Source of the DNA: Glaucostegus cemiculus
Taxonomy: Eukaryota
DNA: 64,000 nucleotides
NCBI GenBank assembly: GCA_976551045.1
Contig: CDPCPM010000320.1
Location: 682,001-746,000, forward strand
Direction: 5' to 3'
Below the pieces are notes generated by a model, which saw only the letters and a program-made list of their open reading frames with translations, was not told the origin of the DNA and made no database searches. Every line of letters starts with the position of its first letter. The first letter of the stretch is position 1. Below are positions 38,131 through 49,588 of this stretch, piece by piece. Position numbers and translations under genes: made by a program.

Positions 38131-41100
38131 TTAACGTAAATAACTCTATAAGCAATAGGCTTAAGACCGGTCTGAGTAACCAGCCCAATATTTTATCCAG
38201 CACCTTGATGCTGAAATATTTGAACTTCCAACGGCATTGTAGACTATACAGAAATATATTTAAGTTAAACATGTATGAATACGTCCAGTGATAAAACAGA
38301 AAATGTAAACTAATTTGCATACAGAGACAAGAATAAGGGAAGCAGCATGTTATAAAGTAATCCAAAAAGAGTCAATGAGAACGTTCCTTATTTGCTGCCA
38401 ATAGTGCAGATTCCTGTAGTTACCATGTGTTACAATGTACAATTCACTATGAAGACATCTGCAGTCCCTTTACTTGAAAGCCCATCATAACCAAAAAAAT
38501 GTAAAAATTTCCCACAGCCCTAGAAATGACCCAAATGCTTTAAACACACATGAACAATTCAAATAAAAGCACAGAAATCCACGCTTCAACATAAAGGATG
38601 AACAACTTTTTGAGATTCTTTTGATGCCATTTATAGGAACTAAAAACCTTTTCTGCTATTCAAAGCAAAGAACATTCTCTGGCCCAAGAAACTTCTAAGC
38701 CACTATCACCAGAAAAGTAATGGTGATAGAATTAGTAATGGTGATAAAGAATTATTGTTCCAAATCCCAAATATATACAGGGGGCAGCTACCCACACTAC
38801 CAACAGTTGATCTACCTAAAGAGCTGAAGTGTTTGAAAGTATTCTGTCGGTGTTTTTGATGCCTCTGGAAAATTTTGCTTCTCTTTATAAAGTACATCTG
38901 TACTACATACAGCTTGGGAAATTCAGCCAATTACAAAAAAAGAGACCGTTCTTTTTTTCCTCTCTCTTCTTTCCTGAAGACACTAACTCTCAAGGTCACG
39001 TACTATGACCCAGTTCATTTTAGCAATTTTAGGCCAGATTAATTGTATTGTTTACCAAGGCCAACTCCTTCCACAGACATTCAGCATATGGCATCAAATA
39101 GTATTCCCCTCCCCCCACATCCCCCAGACAAAATGGAGCTAGGACATAGAGGAATAAAATTAGGGACAACTTGAGACTGCAATGTACTTTGGGGTTGGGG
39201 GCAGAATACAGGTTTGGTAAAGGGAAGAAGGATGATGAATAGAGAATAGAGAGAGTGGAATAACTTATAGGAAGAGGTCAGGTAGCCTTTTTATTGTAAC
39301 CTTTATTCAAGACTATTTTCTACTTTCACAACCCTATCCTCATTTATTTCTGATGATACTCTTGCTTTCGGATGCAGTGAAAGCAGTCTTTTGATAAACT
39401 ATCCTGCCTACAATTAAAAAAGGTTGGCCACTTCAGTGTGGAAACAAAGGCTGTATGTCATTTTACAGTCAGGAACCCAAAGTCTTTTATGCAACGGGAG
39501 GGTAATGCAGTTGTGAAGGGGAAAAAAAATGTGGCTCGTGCATCCCTTTTGAAGCAAGTTCATATGTTATTACTTCAGTCGTGACCAAGTCTCACCATTA
39601 ATATTAAAGAAACTTCCAATTTATCAAGCAACATTTGGTGACCTGGTTTTCTTCAGATAGTTAGAGGACATGCATATTACTAGCAACAGAAAGTGTGCAT
39701 TTAAATTAACCTGGAGCTAATTTTACAGATAGTTTATATACTACCATTACCCTATTGATAAAATGTACATTCATCTTTTTTAAGATTTGAATTTTCCTTT
39801 CAGTTTTAAGTAAATTAGCTGCCTTCTTGAACTGGATTTGTCCACTGAGAGCATCTCCACTCCAGCTACAGGTTCAGCATTGAAGGTGCATTCCAGCTGA
39901 CAAGTGCTAAGAGCACAGTGGAGAGTCAAAGATCCCATCCTTCAGATGAACCCATGAATTAATAGATGGTTGATACAGAAACATGAATTCGATGGTTCTT
40001 GAAGTGTGTAGTCAAGGTCTTGCTCAACATTCTTCCCTTGAACATTACATACAATTAGCTGTCCTTCACCTCACTCTTTCTTGTTGAACCTAGTTGTTTA
40101 TGTATGTCTGCTTACACAATAGTTCATTTTGTGATGCACTGTGAACTTTGATACTTTGTATGCAGTCCAAATGACTTTTTGGAAAACAACCCCAACCACA
40201 ATTCATCCTGCTCCCTCAGTTACACTAAAAGATCTAGTTACCGACTATTAGGCAGGTTTTCAAGTGATATGGAATTCTTATGGGTGAGGATATGCTGCTG
40301 CTGAGCTTTGCAGAATCAAATTTTTTTTTTTAAACATTTGGCTCCCAGGAACACCTCTCTCTCTCGCTCCATCTACAATAGTCTGGAAAAGTCGTAAAAG
40401 TAGTAATTTGTAGTACTTTCCCCCGTATTTTAATTACCAAATAGAAATACCCAGATTAATGGTTTAATATTGAAGATTTAAGCACTTCAGTTGCTTACAA
40501 TAATTTTATTCACACTACAGATACACTGACATTACAAGAGTTACAAATTGCTGAACATATCACATTTCAAAATCCCAAAACAGATTTTGACAGAATTTTC
40601 ATGTTTCTACTAGTTTGCCAATGCCATTTCTCAGCTGCAGCAACCACTTTACACTACCACACCTACCTTCCAAACACTCTTTCCCCCCCCCTCCACAAAA
40701 TTGTAATTTAAAAGAAAACCTCTCTTTTCATGTAAGGATACTTGAAACCCAACTACTGAATTTCCTCAATTTGCAGAAAGGAGTGTAGGTTGAGATCAGC
40801 AACTAGTTTTTGAACAAGAGTGGACAGGTTAGTAGGACTGGTAAGATCAGACCAAGAAGCTAAAGTTAGCAATTAGAATGATGAAGGTATTTCTGGATGA
40901 TCTCTGGTCATGTTAGTTAGTTATGTCTTGTGATTTTCTTTCTCAGATAATGGATCTGCATTACATTTCAGAGCTTTAGTATGAAATTCAATAGGAATAT
41001 TGATAGAAAGGTGACAAAGTTTTGATTCAACCCTGGCTTTAAGTTATCGTTTTTGATGTATAGCCAACTTACCTGTCTAGCTGGTCATCTAATCAATGAG

Positions 41101-42479
41101 GTGCATCAAATGACATGGAAATGTGTAAGAGATTTCAAATTCAGGGACCTAAATGGATCCGGACAGTCTACAACTCAACCCAGCAAGCAAACACATTCTT
41201 GTTTGTAAACTTGTTTTATTTGAGAAATGATGAAAATAGAAAACTATACAAAGTTAAAAAAAATACATATAATTTAACCCCAAATATAGAAAATCAACAT
41301 GCATTGGATACATATCAAACTAGAAAGCAGAAAGAGTAAAAAATATATATACCACAAAAGCTGCATTTCTGGTAACAAATACCCAGTTAATTGTCTCTTT
41401 TGATAGGAATACTCAGAAGTCCCCAGCTAAGGATTCTGGAGAGTTCACTTAAGCACAATCTCTTCCGCCATGTATTCCATCAACTATGTTCAACAACCTT
41501 TTAAGTAACTTTCTTGGACCTCTGAATGTCTTAGTTCAGAAATGTGCATAAATGCATTCACTCAGTACTTTACTATTCAAATGAAATAGAGCTTTACTGC
41601 AAATCAAGCTGAGTCTCAGCAATACCTCAGAACATTTAGTTCTGAAAGATAGATTTATTTTGTACCTCAAATCCACTTGAAATGGTGATCATGGCACAGC
41701 TGGGAAAATTATCTGATACTTTTAATTATCATTTGAAAATACCAATTCCCATGTATTGATTAGACCATTAAATGAACACTGCACTATATATTCAGGGATG
41801 ACTTAAGTGACTTGGAAAGGATGAGTTTAAATTTCATGAGAATTGGTTTGCAGGCACGCCAATTTCCCAAACCAATTGTTACTATGTTTTCTGCTGGTTC
41901 ATCAACTGTTGACAGCAAATGAACTGCAGGATCATTTCAAAGGAAGCATTAGGAAAAATCCAGATCAACAACAGAATATTTCACACATGGACTGCAGGCA
42001 TTGGCTCACATTCCTAACTTCCCAACACAATGAATCAGGCATTCCCAATACAATGAATCAGGCAATGCTACAGAAAGTGTTGTGACCAAGTCATGCAACA
42101 TTACATGAATAGGGGAAAGGGGATTGCCTTAAATGCCTGGGAGAGTAAAGCTTATCAAATGATGCCAGTTACACCAGTTAAGCATCAGGGAAGGCATAAG
42201 GAAAGAACACTCATCTAAATCGCTGATGCTTACCAATATCGACATTCTTAGGTCAGGGTATTTGTCAGGGTACAGTCAAATCTATCTTGCTCTAGCCTTA
42301 AGAACATGGTTCAGTGCAGTGGTGCAATTTTGCCCTGGTGCCCTTTCATGTGCCAGCTGCAAGTGTTTTAGATTTGCTCTTTATGAACTGGATCAAAATT
42401 TCTGAAACGGACTTCCGTTGTTCCTAACAACATCAGAGACCTTTCAGTCAATCGAGTTGATGCCAGGCTCAGAACAATC

Positions 42480-42725
42480 CCACTTTCCCCAAATTCCCAT
42501 CAATTCTATCATCCACCTACCTATCCATTAGGGACAATTTACAGTGGTCAATTAACATACCAACGTGCATGTCTTTGGTCCATGACGGAAAGTTAGAACA
42601 CCTGGGGAAACCAATATGGTCACAGGGATAACATGCAAACTCCAGAGGCAATGCTGGAGGTCAGGACCGAATCCAGATCATTGGAGCTGTGAGGCAGCAG
42701 TCCGACTATCAGAGAAGCTGGCTCC
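42480..42725 (-). mobile_element. Older degenerate V-SINE-like element
   Basis: + strand agaacacctggggaaacc...acatgcaaactcc...gaggtcaggaccgaatccagatcattggagctgtgaggcagcag. Confidence 0.65.
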
Positions 42726-43499
42726 ATCAGTTTAACAGAAGACAGTTTACCAACCTATCAATTATCTTAGCTTCAATATTTATCCATGCATGTTGGCACA
42801 ACTTAAAGACAGATACAGCAACTAAACAAACATCACATTTGGAGCTCAAGACTGTAAATGCATACATTCAAACTCTAAAGAAATGCACCTTTATTCAGAG
42901 ACAGCATATTCTTCTGAAGGTGTTACCATAGTAATTTGTACTTAGATGAAGCATCTGCCACAGCAAAACCCCAAGGAGCTCAGAAGGATCATTATTAACC
43001 AGATGTGGCACTGAGGCATATATTTGGAAAGACAATCAGATGTTTGGCCATAGAGTAGAATGAGCAGCATCTTAATAATACATAGTAAGATATAGAGGAG
43101 AGGTTTATGGAGGGATTTTTTTAAATTTTAAAGATCAGGCTGAAAGTGTGGCTGTCAACAGTGGAAATGGTACATTCAAGAAAGGATCAAGAAATCAGAA
43201 ATGGATTTGTATGGCTAGAGAATACATGAATTGGCAAACCAAATGGTCATGGGAGTGTTCAAAAACAATGAGAATTTTAAAAGGAGTTAGTCAATTAGGG
43301 AAACAAATTTTTGGTTGACAGTTTATATGAAATTGAATGAGGAAGAGCAGCTCGAATTTTGTCACCTTTCTTACCTCTGGAATTGATATGATGCAAAAGC
43401 CATTGGGTAAGGCGAGGTTGGGGCAGATTCAGACATTACTGAAATGGGAATAGCCAGTCTTAGAGATAGCTGACTGAAGGCAGAGAGATCATGACGAGG

Positions 43500-43865
43500 A
43501 CAGCACATTGAGCAACTTCTCTACCTGCTGTGCTCAAAGCTCAGTCACCGGTTTGATCCTGACCTCTGATACTGAGTGTGGAGTCTGCATGTTCTTTGCA
43601 AATATGTGGGTTCCTTCCAGGTACTTCAGTTTTCTCCCACAACCCAAAAACATGATGCGTTAATTGATCTGTAAATTATTCCTAGTGTGGTGAGTTCTGA
43701 AACAACTGGAATTGTGGGTGGGTGGGTGGGGGAATGGAAAGTTGATGGGCATGAAAGGGACATAGACAATATGTTACTGGAAAATAAGAGGTCAATGGGA
43801 CTAATGAAATTGCACTGATTGGCACCAATAACACATGGGCCAAATGGCCTTGAGCAGTGTCATTA
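43500..43865 (+). mobile_element. Older degenerate V-SINE-like element
   Basis: ggtttgatcctgacctc...gtgtggagtctgcatgttct...tgggttccttccaggtacttcagttttctcccaca, with tail tgggccaaatggcct. Confidence 0.65.
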
Positions 43866-44437
43866 GGATGTTTGAAATAGGGCCAGGTAGAGATGGTGAC
43901 TCGATAAAGGGGGGGGGTTAGAAATGCTACTGAAGACAAAAACCAGACCTCTCATTGTTCGGTTGTCAGGCAATGGACCTCAGCAAACCAAAGGGCCCAT
44001 TTCTGCCCCGTATAATTCCATGACATGTTTTCTTTTGCTTGCAAAGCTTTAAGCCAATTATATTAAGATATTATTGTGATGCCTGTTAAAATGGTCTCAG
44101 ACATCAATTTTATAAATCTGTCCAAGTCATTGACAAATCAGCTGAGTGGCAACCCCAATGAACGACTTGGACCAGAATTTACTTTAGACCCTTTGCAATA
44201 GAAGTGCACAACATGGACGTAATGTAATGTTAAATAATGCTACTTCCCATTTTAATGATATCAGTTTAATTAACTCAACTGATTAGAATATGTTGTGACC
44301 ACTTTATTAAGCTACAGGTACGTATCTGTCTACAAACAAAGCAACTCAAAAACTGAGACTTTGGTAACAGGCAAGGCGTTCTACAATCCAGTTGTTTAAC
44401 AGCTATTTTTAACCAGAAATACAGCTTTTAATCTCAT

Positions 44438-44443
44438 TTTATT
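44438..44443 (-). promoter_or_regulatory. Candidate intronic polyadenylation signal (short isoform)
   Basis: AATAAA at the distal end of a ~5 kb repeat-poor, U-rich block that follows the SEED exon. Confidence 0.35.
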
Positions 44444-47400
44444 AACTGCCAATCACTACACAAGCTCTGTTTTTCTCTTGCATGCAATGCATATGAAAAC
44501 AGCTATTCCAACCAACCAATCCCTGTGACCCCAAAGTCAAAAGTAAAATACAGGTGTTTTAAAAGCAACAAAAAGTTCACCATTACAAAACATGCAAGTC
44601 AAAATAAATAAGATATACAATTGCATACAAAACAACAGTTTTGGAACAGTGAATTGTTTTATCACAATAAATTGGAATACAATGTCCAGTTTCTTTTTCC
44701 AAAAAAAATCACATCTGTTTTGGCTTACAAATTTTTAAAAAAAGTAAAAAAAAAGGAAAGTAGCCAACGAGTGCTAAAGTTTTGACTGAGGGGCCAGCTA
44801 TGCCAGGTCAGAGAGAAGTAAAGGTTTCTGTTCTGCTACTTGGATTCAAAGGATATTTAACAAAATAACAAATTTGGTACCCTATTTACAGGTTACTTCT
44901 GGCTAAATGAATCCCAACTCCCACAAATCTAAATTTTAAACAGAACTGCTATCCATTCTGAAACCTGCTCGAACTACAAAGGAGTGTAATAAGCCATTCC
45001 CAACCTGTGACCAATCTGGCTTGAAAGACTGGCAAATGTGGCACCAGTCATGATCTCACATCAATTTAGATCTAAAGGGATTTTTAAAACTAACAGCAAA
45101 TACACACCAATCTGGAGCTTTCCCAGAGACTGCACAGCATCAGTCTCAGAACACATCAATATAGATTAATAAAAAGATTGCAGCATCAATTACTACCTAA
45201 AAATTAGGATTTATTAGTTTCCAAATAGACAATTTCAATTAGTTAAAAATTAAAGCAACCACATAATTAACTTTACTGCAAGAAGTGCACATTAGACCTC
45301 CTCCCAAGACTCTTTAAGACAAACACCTAGCCCCACAGTCAAAAAACATCACCGATGTATAACAATAAAACTGACCACAACTTCACTGACTTTTCCCCGG
45401 CAGAAATAACAAAGATTGAAAACCTGCAGATTAAATCCTTTTGATTCACACACCATTTTTTTTTAAAAAGCAAGTCTCTCATCAGAGCACCAGTGTTTAA
45501 AATCATGCATGTCACACATGTACAAATTGAAATGCACTTTTTTAAAAAAATAAAAAGTTTAGGGATTTCAAAATATTGTCTGAAATATTTATGAGCTAAA
45601 ACAGTGGCTTCAAATTTACCAAAGTTTGAATGGCTCAAATAGCACCTGTCTTTAAAAGCTTCATAATCAGAAACACAATATTAACACACTGGATAATTCC
45701 TACAATGACAAACAAGTGAGATTGTAACGTCCAACGGTGAAAGTAATTACAGTAAATATTCAGGGAAATGGGGTTTAATGCAAGTGCAGTAGTCATTCCA
45801 TAAGGAAACAACTTGAAATGCTGTGAACAAGAATTCCAATAAATCAAAGGAAGATGCAAAGTAACATACAGTAATGCTGCAGATTACTCTACTCCTACAA
45901 GAATTCCACTGAAGGTTATTGATAGGCAAGACAGAATTTTTATATGCATGTTCTGTCAAGGGTGAACCTATTTATCCTTTCGTGTCAGTCACCAAGGGAA
46001 GCAGTGGTTGGGACAATTTGATACAATACGGATGATAATTGATGCAAGACACGTAATGGGTGATAACTCCTCAAATCACTTAATTGTCAATAAAGTCATT
46101 TGTTGTTCATCACTCTGCAACTTGTTGCCTATTATACATTCTTCCGCTTCAGAAAAATCAAAAGCTGATGGAAGCACCAACAATTGCTGGAGACAAATGC
46201 ACAAAGAAATCGTTACTGTGCAAAATTCATTCTCTGTTGGGGTTGTCACAAATTTCCATAAGGTGGGAGCTTATATGAGGAACAAAAAACCCAACTGCTC
46301 TCTGCTTCATCTTAATTATAAATCAAGCTGTTGAATTAAATCGTTCCTTCCTGTGGTTTTTTGACATAATTTATATTTTCATAAACTTTGTTGAAAAATC
46401 AACAGATAAATATACTGTAATGACACTTGGGACTACGCTAAGTAATTGCAATATGTTGGATACGAATTAAACCCTTTTATATTGTACATTTTGCTTCTGC
46501 TGCTCCAGTGTTCTGTTCCCAAGAATCCAGATAAATAACTCAACAATGGAGATATTTCATTTGTGACGCTTGTTAGGAGTACAAACAGTGGCAAGTGTGG
46601 AATATTTCCCAGTTTGGCTAACAAGACACAGTCAGCCATTTAGGTTGCAGATCTGATTACATCTCAATGCAATAGATACCTGCATAATATGATGTGTACA
46701 TGCATGACTGAAATCAGGCCCCAATGATTAGCAGTTGAAATCAAGCCTAGTGCAATACAAAGCCATAAAGTTCCAGGATTGAATATTAATCAGTGATGAA
46801 TTAGTTGATCTCAACCAAAATAACAGCTGGCATGTTATCACTATAATCATTTTAGAAGCGAGAACGTCTGGAGCACTTCTGCAACACCTGATAGAAAATG
46901 TATGAGCAATAGGCATACTGAATGTGAACAGAATCAAGCTGAGCTGCGCTGCTCCTAGCAATCAAATTATCTAACATCTACAATGGACACTCAGGAGTGC
47001 ATGTCCAGTCCACTCCTGATAACTAAATGCAAGCTTCAGCAACACATGAAATGAAAATTTAATTAAATCACTAAGAAAAATTAACAGCCTGTAGTTAGCT
47101 AAAGGTATTAAATATTATATCCATTGCCCAATAACTTAGAAATTTAAGTCACCAAAAAATCCATATTATTTATACCTGTCAAAGCTCAAGGCTTCACATG
47201 CATACACACATTGATGACAGACCATTCACAAAATTTCATACATCTTTCAAGAAACTTCAACCTCTTTTGGTTTAAATCAAGATTGCAATATCTCAAGAGG
47301 TTAGCCCTCTACAATTAGACTATTGGCCGTCTCACGAAACAGGTGGTGCAGTATTCACTGAGCCATGCTGTGCTTTTAAAAAACAGTTCCGAATACTTAG

Positions 47401-49465
47401 AAGTGTTATTTTATTAGGTGTATTTACTGAAGTCAATGAGCTAATTCCAAACGAAGCTTTTCGACTTCTCAATTCTAATGCATAGTTTACAATAACCTCA
47501 ACATCCAAACACACCTGTGACTCATCCTGATACAAGATCAAAACTTGTATTATAATCACAGCAGGAACCATGTAATATACAGCCGGCTGACCTCTCAGTT
47601 CCAAACTCTGCACTCTGTGGCTATTACACAATTCAATCTGTAGAAAAGTACAGCTTACAACTAAAAAAAAATCACTCATCTCAAAGATAGCATTTGGGTA
47701 AGAAATCACAGCATCCAAAGACCATACATACCGTAACACGCAAGATAATGAGTGCACATTACAAAAATAAAACTGTTGACAATTATCTGGGATATATTAA
47801 ATACACACACAGCAAGAGCCCCTTAAAATAGTTCTGTGACCGAATCTTGAATGACCAACTAGTGTACAAAATGAAATTTACCCACTGTAAACTGAAGATG
47901 CACATGTTAATTCAAAACCTATCATTCAGTTTTTCTCAGCAGAATACAATTAATGACACTTCAGTGGAACAAATATTTTGATTTCAATACATTTGGATTT
48001 TGGGGGTGGGAAGCAGAAGTACAGTCAGCTAAAGAACTCCCAAGGTCTAATTGGAAAAGTTGTAAAATTTGAAATAATCGACAAGACCACAAAGTAAGCA
48101 TCCAGAAATCTTGATGGTAATTTTCCACACTTCAAAATAAAATCTAGGATTCTGGTCCAGCACTGTGAACTATTTTTCTGCAGTCATTGGAAGAAAGAAT
48201 GCAGAACAGGGAAGAGTTAGAAGGCTTGGATGAAGGAATTTTGCCAATTGCAGCTGTCAAACGATTTGCAAATCAGAGAATTCTTGACTGTCATTCAGTC
48301 AACACTTATTTAGATAGAGCGTGCAAGATAACCGACATCACTGTGTATAATCGAATTTTAGTTCAAATGTTGAGCGATGACTTTGCTATGGGTAATGACA
48401 ATTATGAAGGTCCGACAGGGCCATTTATGCAGAACCGGTCTTTTCTGAAATGACAATTATGTGGAAACATCTAGGTAGTGAATTACAAGATCATTTATAA
48501 ACTATGACTGATTCAAGAGAAAATATACAAGCAGAGCTTGACACAGCTGGCTCTAAGATTAAAAGGGACAGCCTTGCAACTAACTAGCTGGGTACTTTTC
48601 TACAATAGTTAAAAAAAGGTACATAATTAAGTAGCTTACTTGCTTTAAATGCGAAATCTCACTGAGTCGACGGCCATGAAGGTGTAGTAGTAGTAGAACG
48701 CAGGATGTAGATAATTTTTTGCCAATTGTGACAGTCGAAAAGATAAAGATCTGCAGCCCACCAGGTTTTTTCTCCTCCTTTTGCTGTCCTCTTACTGTTT
48801 ATATAATCAAATTTAAAAAATGCACATGTACCTTACTGCGCAAGAGTCCACAGTGCACGAGGTGGGGGAGTATCTTGAACCTGTCCCATTCACCACAGAA
48901 CAGTGTTAGCACCAACCACCTGAAATGCTACACGAACTGCACACAGGTGAACACCATGTTTTGTAAAAGCATTCCATATGCATGTCCTGACCAGAAATCC
49001 TTCATAAATTTTTTTTTAGACAGGTGAAGCAAATTTCATTTGCTGGTAGTCAAACGTTGATCTTTCAAAAGACGAGGTAGAAAAAAAACAATCCTGTTTT
49101 TTCCAAGAGCAAAACAATTCTCTCTGTTGAAGCTGCTTTCTAATTTAAGTGCAACTTAAGCTCTTTTTATGGCTTTCAATGGTCACTGTCAGCATTATTG
49201 CACTTTTTCTATGCAGCTTAAACAGACTAGCGCTAGAAATTCTTCCAGACATGTTGTTCTTTTAACACAAGGAACTACTGGCAAAAGGCTCCAATTCCAT
49301 TAATCTGGCAAACTGTATGTATTGCAGTGATATTTAGAAGTCACTGGTTGTCGCTTGGAAACTACGATGGGTGGTTTACAGAGAGTACGTGGGGCAGAGG
49401 GGAAACAGACTTTTGCCAGCGCCAGGCTAGCAACAGGCTCAATTACTGAAAGAATTGACGCTAAC

Positions 49466-49588
49466 CTGTTTCAGAGTCGTTGCTCTCAGAGGAGCTGGAG
49501 TCACTGCTACTGTCTGACTCAGAAGAACTGCTGCTGCTTCTCATCCTTGAAGGGCCTCCCACATCCATGCTTACGTCATGCTTCTCAG
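49466..49588 (-). CDS. BRD4: BRD4 SEED (Ser/Glu/Asp-rich) exon: AEKHDVSMDVGGPSRMRSSSSSSESDSSSDSSSSESNDSET
   Basis: Acceptor ctttgtacag, donor ACAG|gttagc, 123 nt, phase 1-1. Matches human AEKVDV...SSSDSEDSET. Confidence 0.95.

Noticed and set aside
40248-40260. Minus-strand CCT GCC TAA resembling the human BRD4-short GPA* exon
   Set aside because: It is preceded by aaaa rather than ag|GT and has no polypyrimidine tract, so it is a chance match.
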